A DNA stretch of 63,814 bases, the filler included, from Intoshia linei (lineage: Eukaryota; Animalia; Orthonectida), in assembly GCA_001642005.1 (NCBI GenBank). It is 7 parts of 7 records of this genome, joined end to end, with 100 filler letters (N's around TTAATTAATTAA, not from the genome) between each part and the next. Parts side by side here need not be neighbours in the genome. Positions count along the whole stretch, not along the records: positions 11,725 to 34,917 come from LWCA01000567.1; 6 more parts are not named here. One strand, 5' to 3'. Positions within the stretch are counted from its first letter, which is position 1, and every line of letters begins with the position of its first letter. Below, piece by piece: positions 13,641 through 27,130 of the stretch. Made by a program: the position numbers and the translations under genes. The notes beneath the pieces are model-generated. The model was not told the DNA's origin and did not search any database. It saw only the letters and a list, made by a program, of their open reading frames with translations.

Positions 13641-16600
13641 TTATAAATAAATTTAAATTAAATATTTATCAATAATTTAGCATACCATATTATTCATAAT
13701 CAGTCATCTTGGAGACTAGAAAATTTTATGGGTCGATGCGAAATTATATTTAAAATTTTAGATTTATTTAAAAATTCCTTTTATAATAAATTGGTGTTAT
13801 TATTCTGATGGGCCACAACAAAATGTTGGTAAAATGGGGCATCATTTTTCCAAATTCAGTATTAAAAATTTTTCTGAATATCTTGAATATCATAACTATT
13901 TTACCACACATCTTTTGCGAATTTTTTAAGGCTTATTTTTCATTTTCGAGTGGTTTCAAGCTTGGTAGGTTCGGCTCTGGATGGCCCTCTGATTTGTAAG
14001 AACTAATTGTGAAATGGTTTATTTAATAAACGAATACATCTTGATGTGAAATTTTAGAAATAATTTAATCACAACATCCTTAATTAATAGTTATATTTAC
14101 TAAACGTGACAGGTGTAAGATTGTAGTAATTAATATAATTTTTTGTTTGTTAACGTAAAACCAATATTATCATTTGTATCTTAAATATTTAGTCATGTCA
14201 CATAAAATACCTTTTAAATACACAGCATATACTATATTATATTTCTGATGTTTAGTTTGATTTATTTAATGAAAATTTAAAACTAAATCAATACTGTATA
14301 ATCAAATTTAGGTACTTATTCTTTCCTTTCGTTACTTATTGTAAAACTATCAAAATAAATTAGGTCAGTCTTAAAAATATTTGTTAAATTTCCATAAATT
14401 TTTGAGTTGTTGAAAATATTTGATATCTGTTGATAACTTATTATACATTGACGTAATCAATAAAAACAAAAAAATTGAAATAAAATTATTTTTTAAATTT
14501 TTGCAAAGGGTAATACTTAATAACCGTTGAAAGATGACGTTACGTGATATTTACGATGTATTTGAAGTGTCTATTTAAATTTTATAAGTACATTCAAAGT
14601 TCATTGAATTATATTTACTCAAAAGTATATAACTTGTGACATTCATTATCGAAAAGAATTAATTTTTGGAACGTTTGATGTTTAATTATGGGGTAAAATG
14701 CGAATACAAACTCAAATAAATAAATAAATTATGCCACAGTGCGATGAGAGTTAATTGAATATGAAAAATATGACTCGTTCATTATAAAAATATTTATATT
14801 ATCCGATATATTTTTTGATGAATTGCGATGAATGCGTAATGTACATGTAAATTATTCAAATCATGACACGCGACCCTGCAAGATAAATTATACTGCATAT
14901 ACCATAATCCTAGAAAGTTATTTCCATTAAAGCTGACATCGAATTAAATGGGATACATGTTTTGTTAGACTTGGCTAACAAAAAAAAAATGATTAATGAC
15001 ACTGAAAGATTAATATATTTTGCATCATATTAACCATTAATATTATGAATATGTGTCAATAAATCATGAATTATTACAAACCAACTAATGCTAAGTGTGG
15101 CTAACTGTAAAAATGATGGATTAATTTTTGGGTGTGTCATTTCCTAAATGTCGCCTTCTTATACTAATATCGATGATTGTATAATTTATGGTTTTGTAAG
15201 CGCGATGCATTGATAAGCATCTGCTGTTTAATCTGAATGACGTATATTTCAATATTGTTACTTTTGTTTTGGCAATAAATATGTGGTAGTCGAAATTCAA
15301 TATAAATTTGTTTTTGTCTATAGCACTTAACCACATAATTAATTTTAAATTACGTGTATCACTCTCAACACAAACATATAAACGACAGCTCAACTGTTGC
15401 ATTTATTTTGGTGGACTTTACACTCTTGTTTCTTTACTCGTTGATCAGGTTGAATATCAGATTTTAATTAGGTGTTTAAAGATAATATTTACAAATATCA
15501 TTACATTTGTGCAACAATTTTGTGTATGTATTACTAATATTTTACATTTAGAACAAGATTCAAGACAAATTCAAATGTTTGTACATGACCATATATTTTA
15601 AATACCTAGTGAATTTGCATTAAATCTTATACAATTTTCAATTGAAATGAACACCTTTCTAACTACAATTGTCAACATTGTTTGTATTTATGCCTTGTTT
15701 TTCTTTCCTCTTATTCAAGGTATTTTTTTAAATAAATTAAATGTGATGGTATGAATTATTGAATTTACATTTTTTTTGATGTAGTGTAAAATAAATGATA
15801 CAATCTCATTTTAAATAGTTATAAAGAAAAACTAATTGTTTTCCATTATTTCTGAAAAATATAGTAAACTCTTAACCAAAATATTGCAATGAGTGTGTAC
15901 CCCACCGGTTCCACGATAAAATGAACCAAATTTAAAATTATTAGTTTATGAATTTCATTTTATATTATTTTTCTAAATTTCTAAAAGATCTTAGGATGTA
16001 ACAAGAATCTTTATAAAAATATCTGTAACAAAACGATAAGTAAATCTGTAAATTATAAAATTAAACGAAATAGGCGAATAATGAAATAAAAACTAAGTCT
16101 AATGATTAAGAAACTGTAATTCAAAAATTTTTCTAGTAACATATGAACATAGGTGCGACATATGAACATTTTCAAAAAGATACAATGAAGTGGGCAGCAA
16201 ATTTTTTAGGTCATTAGGAATTATTGAAGCATTCAAACCTTTGTAGAAAATGTTTTTTAATTTACTGATTGATTGTTTCCAATATATGGGATGCGGTCGA
16301 TACGTATTCCATGATTTAAAATTTAAATACTTAAAATTTAATTCTATAATAGTAAAATAATTTAAAAAGATAAAATTATTTTAAATACATTGTGAGAGTG
16401 CACCATCTAAAATGACCAAAAACGACAGACCTAAAAATGTGATAATTACTTACGATATTCATGGAAGGTTTTGAAATATGACTAAAAATAACAAAAGAAT
16501 TATAAACGCATATAGAAATAGACAGATAATTAGTAGTTGGTTAAAATTTGTATAAAAATTTAAACAACTTTTATTTTTTCAAAATGTTAAGTATAAATTA

Positions 16601-17694
16601 CCAACTGTAAATGATACTTTAAATACTAATACAATTAAATATAAAATATACTACTAATATAACACTAAATTTACTTATGTAACAACTAATTTCCTGTTTT
16701 TATCTTTTATTTTTAGTCATAACATGTATGATATGTGGTTTTTTAAATAGATAAAATTGAGGAGTGTAAGTGATTCTATGAATATAATACGAATTCGGTA
16801 ATATAACATAAGACAAGTAAAATTAAATATAGTTAAAAGCGACATCCTTCATGATAAATGGTCGTTGAAAATTTATTGACTTTTCATTATGTATTTATTT
16901 ATATCAAAGAAAGTGATGAAGGCTAGACATACCGGTTAATTATCGGTTCCAGGTTATAATTAATTATAATTACACAATTTGAAACATAATTTTCTCTACA
17001 GAATGACGTGAGTTAGACAGATGCACCCATATTGAATTTTATTATAAAGAAATTCAATTAAATTTAAATTTTCTGAACTCTAAATAAGGCTTATCATAAG
17101 CAGCGGAAATTTATTGTTCAGCCTTGTATAGTTTACTATTTAGATTTTAACCTTAATTTGTAAAAGTTCTACAGGGTATACTGGTTATGTTTAATATAAT
17201 AATGAACATCTCCAATACTTTAAATAAATCTGGTTGTTACTTATACTTATTTTATTTGGTTTAATTTAATCTGATTCTATAAAAATGCACTATTTGAATT
17301 AAAAATTGTTAATTCCAGCATGGATCCAACTAATATAGTATTAATCAATAATTTATTTTCAGTTTGTTTAATAAATATATTACTTATTGATTATTTTCAA
17401 CACTTTTTAATGAGGAAAGCTTGATATATCTACATTATATGTGCGATTTATTCCCCCGACAGCATTGAACCTTAAACGATAGGTTTGTAGAGACTGCTAA
17501 TTTTTAAAGTGTGTCTGTAAGCCATATTGACGCGATTGTCATTAAACTATTATTTGATTACAATGCTATATGTTATCCTAAATACCTTTGTAATTAGTTA
17601 AGTATGTGACAACTAATTATCCACAAATGTTCACATTTTCAATTTCCTGCATTATTTCATTTCCAATGTTGTTTTTATTTATTATGTCGTATTC

Positions 17695-20600
17695 ATGAAT
17701 GGTCCAAGTATTATTGTCATTCATTTAATTATTTATGTAGCCAAACTTCAATCTCACCTCATTATTGTGGAACACCCTCAAGATAAATATGTCAAGAAGA
17801 ATGAACCTGCCACACTTAATTGTAGAGCCGAAGGGGATCCTTCACCGATTATAACGTGGTATCGAGAAGGAAAACGTGTTCAGACTTCTGTAAGTTTTAT
17901 TTAATTTTTCAATTTTAATCCTACCAATCGTTCATGTAGTTTGTGGTCAACATTTACATCAATATAATCATTATATTAATACATTATATTATAATGTACT
18001 ACAATTAATTTATATGAATATGCATATCATTGTACAATTTACATTCATTGTATTTGCATATTCAAATTATCAGATCTATTATTATTAATAGTTTTAAGCT
18101 TATTTACAATCTGTTAATCAATCTGAGTATATTATTTTATGGAAAATCTCTTAATAATATATTGATATTTCTCTAATTCAAAATTACTACAATAAATATT
18201 GATTTTAAGCTTAGACATCAACACTAAGCATGTAATTTAAATTAGTCATGCTTTCAAGGTGGTTTATCGAGTTATTGTAATTTTTAGCTTTAGTTTTTTG
18301 TAGTCACCAGATTAACCTGAGACCTGCATTGACTCTAAAAGGTTAATTCCATATTATTATAAATTCTTATTTTATCTTCAATTTTAGATGGACATATCCA
18401 CATCGCATCGAATGTTACTGCAGACTGGAAAATTATTCTTTTTAAAAACACAAATAAACAAAAACGTTAAAGACACTGGAAAGTATTACTGTAATGCTAC
18501 AAACCCTGATACGGGAGAATGGGTGATTAGCAAAAGTGCCGTATTAGAAATAGCTCAAATTGATAACGATTTTATAATGGAGCCTGAAGATGTTATTACG
18601 ACCTCGGGAAATTCAATGGTTTTAAAATGTGTTCCACCCAATGGAACCCCAAATCCAAAAATCAAATGGCGTCATAATGGTAATAATATTAATGTGGTCA
18701 ACAATATCCGTAAAAGTCGTACATATACCAATTACCAAGAAAGTGATTTTTCAATTAAATACACCATTGAAAAAAATGGAAATTTAATCATAAACAATAT
18801 CGTTTCCGAAGATTCAGGAATTTATGTTTGTGTTGCATATAATGAAGCTGCTGAAATTGTCAGCAGAGAAGCTGAAATTACAGTTCAAGGTATTTTACAT
18901 AATAAGTAACACTTTTCTGTTTAATTTAAATTTTGAATCAAAAATTTAAATTCATTCCAAAGTTTTCTAATAATTTTATCGATAACATTTGGATTATTTG
19001 AGGTCTATTGTATTTTCAGTTTTATTGGTCTACATGTCAAATTTATTTTTGAATAACTTGATATATTAATAAAAGAATTTCACATTTTTATTGATATATT
19101 TATATTGATTTACAATTCTTATTGTTTTTTAATAAAACTTTTTGTCTTTAAGTAACAACAACGTTAACATATTTGATCATTAAAATTTCAAAATTTATAT
19201 TTTCAATTAAATATTTAATATTTAACCAATTAATGTATAATAGTTTAATTTATTATTTGAATTAATAATAACTTTTATATAATAGAAATGCCAAGCTTTG
19301 TAATCAAACCAATTAGCAAATCTTTACTTGTTGGTGAATCCGCTATACTTAATTGTAAAGTCCGAGGAAATCCAACCCCCACTATATTTTGGCAAAAAAA
19401 TGACTCAGACGTAAAAATAATTTAAGATTAAATTATAATGGTATTTTAGGAACTCATGTTGCTCCACAAAAATTATGGAAGATTATATATAGACTCTGAA
19501 GGATCGCTTCACATTAAAAATATACAAATAAACGATGCAGGTATGTATACATGTCGTGCTATGAGTATGATGGGTAGTGTTGCTAAATCAAGCACAATCA
19601 CTGTGAAACGTAATTTTTAAAAAAAAATAATTAATTGTAATTAATTATTAATCACTTATTTTGCATTGATAATCATTTTTAGAGCTTCACAAAATGATTC
19701 CACCACCAATTATTGACCAATTGCCGCAAGATCAAACCTTGCCAACTAAATCTACTGCGATCATGCATTGCAAAATTCGTTCATCGGATGGTGATGAAAA
19801 TTTGAAAGTGGAATGGTACAAAAATGGAGACTTGATAAATTTTTTCAATTCTCGATTGATAAAACTGGATTTAAATTCATTTAAAATAATGAACCTAGAA
19901 AAATCTGATACGGGTAAGTATGTTTGCAGAGCTACATTGAATGACAAAATGGTTCAAGCCACAGCGACGTTGAACGTAATAAACCCCAAAGTTGCATTGA
20001 ATACAAACGTAAAATTTTTCCAATCAAACACCGAATCAACACTACCCGGCCCACCTTTAAATTTTCTAGCATTTAACGTGACATCTAATAGTTTGGTTTT
20101 AAAGTGGGACGAGGGGAAATTAGGATCATCTAAAATAGAAATGTATTTAATTGAATATTATTCTGTCTGGAATACGAACGAAACAAATGTAATTAATAAT
20201 TATGAAAATATGAAAACGTGGGATACACTTTTTAAAACTTTAGAAAAACAAATTGTAGTCAAAAACTTGGAAAAGACTAGGAAATATATGTTTATTGTAA
20301 GAGCAAAAAATGATCATGGATTTTCAGCTCCGTCAAAAATTTTGGGTCCCATAATTCTTAAAACTGAATCTAATGTTAAAATTTTACAAAATGGTGATTC
20401 AAGTGTGACTGAAAATGATTCAATAGTTTATCTCAAATTGGCAGATATTTTGAGTTCCTCCCAATTGATGATTGAGTGGCGTATGATATATATTGATGAC
20501 AGAATACGTGGCTACATTATAAAATTTAATGAAATGTCTGGTGTTTTTGAAAATAATGTGGCTAAAAGTAGAAAATCAGGCGCTCTAATATCTACTCAAA

Positions 20601-22177
20601 TATATTACGTAAAGAATAAAAAGGATTTGTACCGAAACATATACAACGAAATTTTGCACGGTTTGAAAAAGTTTACGTGGTATGAAATTAGCGTTATACC
20701 GTTTCTAAATGATCAATATAACATGTTGGAGGAGAGTAACGTCATACACGCAAGAACCATGGAAGATGTGCCGTCCTCCGGTCCAAATGACATTGAAGTA
20801 GCCCAAATTTCAAACGATTCAATTGCTGTGGCTTGGTCTGCTCCTAAATTTGAAAGCATAAATGGTATTCTGAACGGGTATAAGTTGTATATAGAATCAA
20901 GTGATTCTGACTACAGCAACATTGTAACCACCAATGCTACAACTAATTACATTATTGTTGAACAGTTAGATGAAAAATGTGTGTACACTTTAACAATTGC
21001 AGCAATTACAAGAGTAGGAATAGGAGAAGCCTCAGAACCATTAAAAATTGGTCCTTTAGCTTCTAGTTTGCGCAGTACTGATAATTTAGGGTATACCACC
21101 AACAAACATTGGCTTTATTCTACCATAATAGGTTTATCTGGTGGTATTTTATGGTTTTTCATATCAATTATTTTTGTTTACCTGTATAGAAGAAAACGTT
21201 ATGGATTCTGCTGGAAACAGTCATTGTTTAAAAATTATGAAAACACAGAAATTAAAATGGTTGATAGTCATTTTAAAAATTCTCATGACACTGTGTACGA
21301 CAAAATTTCCAACCCGTCAACGAAAAACCTAAATTCTGTTTCTTTGTTGAAATTTTCCCCTGCAAGAAACGGAAACGAATGTTCTTCAAACATAAATGGT
21401 AAAAAATGTCCAAACTATTCTTACATGAGTCAAAATTATAAACGCCCCCGTGAAGATCAAAATTTTCTAAATCTTAATCAAAGTTCTTTAATGCGATGTT
21501 CAGCTTATGATGCACACGTACAGGACGAATATGAAAATTTTTGTTCTAAGTTTCCCATAGATTTAAGATATAATTTAACAAAAAATCAAAGTTTTCCTTT
21601 AGTTCATCAAACTCAAAATGAATTTTTCAAAAACGAAATTCCTAAAAAGATTATACGATTCGATGCTACATTACCTTCTCCGCCCTTGTCTGGCAAAAAA
21701 TGTATTCAAAATGGAGAAAATTGTAATAGAGTAAGACAAAATAAGTTATTGAATATTATACAAATTGAAAACCCGGATAATCTCAATGCATCAAACGCTA
21801 AAAAGAATAGAAGTTCCAATTCAAATTTATTCAATAGTTTCGATAGCTGCACAAATACTTGTAAGTATGATTTTATTAGTTCCACCAGAAACGATCAACA
21901 AATTAAAAAACAACAAAGCATGGAACAATTTGTCTTAAAAAAAATGAGGGAAAGTGAAGGAAACGTACCCTTAAATATTTTTTCAACTTGTATTGTAAAT
22001 CCAAAAAACAAAAAAATGAATTCCATGGAATATAAAAATTATTTTGAAGCTATAGAAAATGTATACTCTTCAGATTACGAACTATCTGATACTGAATTAC
22101 CCACAAATTCTAAATTTGAAAAAAAACCAAAACCGAAAACTCCCAATACCGCAAATTCTATTAAAATTTTATCTTAA
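17695..22177 (+). CDS. ROBO: Roundabout (Robo) receptor: 4 Ig + 3 FN3 + TM + cytoplasmic tail; true start/signal exon uncertain (hydrophobic ATG at ~17628)
   Basis: Exons ~17741-17889, 18388-18889, 19286-19410, 19450-19609, 19683-22177. Ig1 [24 protein letters not shown]...HRMLL..GKLFFL is diagnostic of Robo. Ig2 [10 protein letters not shown]; Ig5-like [14 protein letters not shown]; three FN3 domains; [27 protein letters not shown]. Confidence 0.93.
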
Positions 22178-22394
22178 AGCGATCTGCACGATTTGTAAAT
22201 ATTATTTATTGTGTTCATGACTAATAAATTTTAAGTAAAAAATGACCTTATATAAAGATAACCCAAGATTACTCATATGCAAAGAAAAAAGATTAAATTT
22301 GTATGAAAAAATAATGAATCTAATCAGTTTTATTAGGAAACGCGCAAATACATGACTATTTTTACATATCTCATATAATAATTCAAATTTTCGT

Positions 22395-23628
22395 TTAATA
22401 AGATAGCAAAGTGATCAATTGGTAATTTAAATATTTTTTATAAATATATTTTGAAAGATTAAAGGTTATTTCAATGATTATAAGAGGAAGTGTGACAATT
22501 TCGTGACATAGAGCCAAAGCTAAACCTGTGTTTAAATCTTTCCCTTTAAACGTTGCACTTATAACGAGAATAGTCAACAAAGTATCAGGTATACCCACTC
22601 CGATGGCTATCGATATAATATGACAATTCGGAAATCGCATCAGTTTGGCTAATATTACTGTTAGAATAAATCCTCCCCACGGGAGAATTATTGATTTATA
22701 CCACATATCTCGAGTTATGTACGTTATAAACTGATAATGTATTGCTATTGTAAATATACTCTGAAGGGTGACACCAATTCCTATTAAAATTTTGAAATAT
22801 GCTAAAATTTTCAAAGAGTTGTTGTATTTTGACTTTATGAATATTCCAATTATAATGGGAATTAACAATATTGAAAGCATCGCAAAGAGGTGTGCAAATG
22901 GTAGTGTATCTTTTAGTTGTATACTTTCATGCTGTACATTTTTTCCTAAGGCGTAAAACCATGCAGGTATAGCACCTATATGTTAATGTTAATATGGAAT
23001 GAATCGAAATTTACCTATAGCTGTCACAATTCCAGTAATAGTCATCATTGTGGACATTGTCACATTTCCATCTAAAAGAGCACTGTGAATGTTGCTTAGT
23101 TCACCTCCCGGGCAGCAACTTATCAATATTATAACAAATGCAATTACACCTTCAGCATTTAATAGGTATGCTGTTAGAATTCCAATCTAAATTTTAATAA
23201 TACTTTTAATAATCCTACAAAAATACCAACGGCATGACAATAAATTGACATAGTGCTGCTACCAATGGTCCGATCGGCTTTTTTAAAATTTTCTTAAACA
23301 GATTTAAATCAAACTTGAGTCCAAATAATAAATTCACGCAAAATCCAAGTACAACGACAAATGATTGATAAAATAATTTTAGTTTGACGCTGATTTCTGT
23401 ATTTTGATTGTTAGATGGGTTTGCAACGTTATTCTTGTTCCAATCATATTTCAATTTGGCTAAATGCTCAAAATTTTTATTGTTTTTTTCAGTTGAATTT
23501 TTAGAAATTAACAAATTATCTACATCTTGACATTGAGAAAAATTTCTTCCTAAACTATAAAATACTATAAAATAGAACCATTTCATATTGTACAAAATAG
23601 AAATTGATAAACACCTGTTTTTGTTCAT
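22395..23628 (-). CDS. SLC10 / bile acid:sodium symporter family protein, paralogue A (3 exons, degenerate Na+ site)
   Basis: Exons ~23628-23229, 23186-23016, 22974-22395. Motifs KKPIGPLVAALCQFIVMP, CCPGGELSN, LDGNVTMS, IPAWFYALG, PWGGF. Confidence 0.9.
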
Positions 23629-23847
23629 CCTCTATTTAACTATTTATTTGTCAAGTTTTCTTATATTATCAATAAGCCATATAACATCGGCTTCTTTGAT
23701 ACGAAATAATAATTTAAAATATATTAACGCTGACTGTTAACCATAAAAAATAAAAATGTAATTTACAAATTGAATTTATTTAACTTTTAAATAATAAGAA
23801 TCGACGTAGAGTTGTTTGATTAGATTTTTTAAATTATAATGCATAAC

Positions 23848-24080
23848 TAGAATCGTGGAGAGGGGTAGGGGCCATATGGTCCGGCATTCAATCACGAGAG
23901 CCTACTATTTTAATTTATCAATAGGTAATGTTAAAAAATTTCATTTTTTCGATTGACCAATGCGATTTTCAATTGTTATTTTTAATTTTTAAACACTAAA
24001 AAATTGATTAAATAATGTATAGGCGTCAATTTTGAAAATTTTTATCTGGACGCGCCTACTATTGACTCTCTACAGGCCTG
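23848..24080. mobile_element. hAT-type MITE
   Basis: Termini TAGAATCGTGGAGAG ... CTCTCTACAGGCCTG with an 8-bp TSD TGCATAAC/TACATAAC (7/8). Same family as 35347-37224 and 58963. Confidence 0.75.
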
Positions 24081-24868
24081 TACATAACCTATAAAATTTG
24101 ATAATTTTTTAATGATTAGGAAGAGGAAACAGTTTTTTACACCATATTATGGATTCACAACCCAGTATTAAAATTTAGTTCAAATTCAATAATTTTGAAT
24201 TTTCGATTCCTGTACCTCTCTAATAATTATGGTATTTTACATGTATGTCTTACTAGAACATTGTATAGTTAAAATTAAATGTAGAATTAAAAGATTTTAA
24301 TCATATAAACGAGGTTACATCTGCAATTTTGTCATCATATTTATAAGAATTATTTAAAAAATAAACAATTGTATTTTTAATTGTGAATAAAAAACATTCA
24401 GTGGAGATTATTTTTTTAAATTTTTTTGGTAAATAGAAAAAAATTGCTACTGCTGCAACCAAGTGTAGCTTATATAGCTCAAATAAAAGGTATATTTCGA
24501 TGGGTTCAATGTTAAAGTATGAATGTATGTAAGAAAGCTCAAAAATTTTTTTAATTTCAGTTTTTTAACATAATAAATTTATTTCACTCTTGATTCTATT
24601 TCGACATTGTCACATTATTATTAGTTGAATAAAAACAATTGACCACTGTTTCCACCTGCTGTATTATTCATTGCCATAAAATATTTTTTATCTCAAATTG
24701 GATTTGAATATATTATGAATATCGATATTATGCACGTCTACCCTTAAATTATGGACAATTACTACATTCTTATTGGATTATTTGCACTTTCATAGAATTA
24801 AAATTACATTTCAAGAAATCATGAAATATAAAAAATTAGTGTATATTAAAATTTAATATTGTATAATT

Positions 24869-26178
24869 TTAGTCAATTAAAGAATTTCCTCGGCTAATTT
24901 TCCCTTGTATTAAAGTAATTCCGTGTTTTTTACGTTCTAGTTTTCTTCGGATTACTTTATTAGCGTTGTAAATTATTTCAAACAAAATAAGCGGAATTAC
25001 AGTGACCACTGCTTGACAAGTAGTTATTGCAAATCCAGTTTTCATTTCCTTACCCGTGAATAAAGCAGTTATGACTATGAAAACAATTCCTACGTTTTGA
25101 ATACTTGTTTCAATAGCAATAGTTATCATTTGAGGGTATGCAAAGCAAAATATCTTGGAAATGAATGCACTAATGATAAAGCCACCCCACGGTACTAACA
25201 TAGATTGATACCACATTTCCTTCGATATATAAAAGAAAACATCGTAATTAACCACCAATCCTAAGGATGTTGCAATTAATACCGATACTCCAATGATTAC
25301 TTTGAAGTAAACTAATAGCTTTGTAATCTTCTTTTCAAATTTCCATCTTATGGAAAAACCAAGAATTAAAGGTATGACTATGATTACCAATACTCCAATT
25401 AAATGTAGAAATGGTATTATATCTGTAATACTCGTGTCTTCGTATATCACAACGTATCTGCCCAATGTGTAAAACCACGCTGGCATGGCTCCTAAATTCT
25501 TATATTTTCATTATCATATACTATACCTAATGCAACAATTGTACTAATTGATGTCATCATAATTGATAAGGTAACATCACCATCCAGTAATGCTGTATGC
25601 ATGTTGCTGGCTCCACCTCCAGGACAACATCCCACCATAAAAATAGAAAAGGCAACAATTCCATTAAGATCAAACAGGTAAATTGTTCCAAAGGCAAGCT
25701 AAAAAAATTAAAGTTACATTAAAATGCAAAAAACCATTGGCATAATGGTGAATTGACAAACTACGCAGACAATAGGACCTATGGGTTTTTTAGCATATTT
25801 TTTAAAAAGGTTTAAATCAAATTTAAACCCAAAAAGTAAATTTACAAAGAAAATAAAAATAATCATGAAAATTTGGAATCCTTTCAAGAGTTTTGATTCT
25901 GTAGAATTTTTATCCTCTACCGCACCATTTAGAGAGTTAGAATATCCCAACATGTAAATTTCGTTTTTATTGAAAATGGATTTTTTTTGGTCCTTTTCCG
26001 GGTTTACACTATTATTGTATGTTGTTGAATGGTTTTTGATTTGGAAGGTTTGTTCTTTGATTGATATCGTTGTAGTTGATTCTTTTTTGGTTTGAATTGC
26101 TTCGGTAGACACATAATATAAAAAAAAATATATACATAATTTAATTTTAATCATATTTAATTGGAAATTAAATTTCAT
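24869..26178 (-). CDS. SLC10 / bile acid:sodium symporter family protein, paralogue B (3 exons, canonical motifs)
   Basis: Exons ~26178-25736, 25698-25527, 25492-24869. Motifs KKPIGPIVCVVCQFTIMP, CCPGGGASNMHTALLDGDVTLSIMMTSIST, MPAWFYTLG, TIAIETSIQN. Intron positions match paralogue A. Confidence 0.93.
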
Positions 26179-26749
26179 TTAATATTTATGAGATGCGGTA
26201 CTAATTATCTTGAATCATTGTCCATGTTCACACCTGTTGAACTTTGGTTTCTTTAAACTAAAATGTTTTAAACGTAAACAACTTGTTTCATTTAAAAATG
26301 AAAACAACAATTAAAAAGTTATAGGTTGACTAATCTATTGAGCAAAATAAAAACAATACATCTGCTTTGAGCATGTGTTCCTTTTAAAATACAATTTATT
26401 TTTTACATTTCTGATCTATATTGTAAACAATATGAACATTTTTAGATTGTGATTAATATGACTTTTTGTGAAATTTTGCCTTATATCTATGTAATCGACA
26501 ATTAATAATGAAAAAAAATCAGTACATATGTATTATTAAACCAGCTAATAATACATAATTATGACAGTATAATGTACATTGCATTGTCTATTAACCATGC
26601 CCCATAAACATTGAGAATATTGTAACAGTTAGGTTTATATTTATATTTACATTGTTATGTTAATATTTACATTTTATAATTATATTAATATTTTATTAGA
26701 TTATTAAATATGTTAATAAAGTTTAACAAGTTGATCCAAGTATTAATAT

Positions 26750-27130
26750 ATTAGGGTGGGGACCAAAAAGTTTAATTTAAAATTTTCCTAATTTTTATAC
26801 CATTATTCTAACAATGTGTTAACTTACTGTTTCAGTTTCAAGTTTATAGCATGAACTTCATACTAGCTATTTTAAATATTTTTTCTATATATTGTTGATT
26901 CGACAACCTACTCAAGTGCGTCTTAGTAAATTTCATGTTTTTAACATTCTCATTCTGAATCTGAATATTTGATATCGTACACCAAATTATCAAACAAATA
27001 ATTTCGACTTGTCAATATCTGGACGTTTTATTTTTTGTTACTTTCCCCGTTTTACATTATATGATAGATTTTCGTCAGTTCATGGTGTTCTGTAAATGTA
27101 AAGTGTTGTTCGAAAGATGAGACTAGAATT
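26750..27130 (-). pseudogene. Possible mariner transposase relic
   Basis: The minus strand near 27030-27080 reads TDENLSYNVKRGK*, resembling mariner TGDEKWIxYxNVKRK. TATTAGGGTGGGGACCAAAA at 26750 looks like a TIR. Confidence 0.35.

Noticed and set aside
643-15601. Numerous 60-106 aa I/F/K/Y-rich ORFs (e.g. 643, 997, 1789, 8315, 15121, 15308)
   Set aside because: Their composition is what AT-rich non-coding or TE sequence gives by chance, with no motifs or splice-consistent context.
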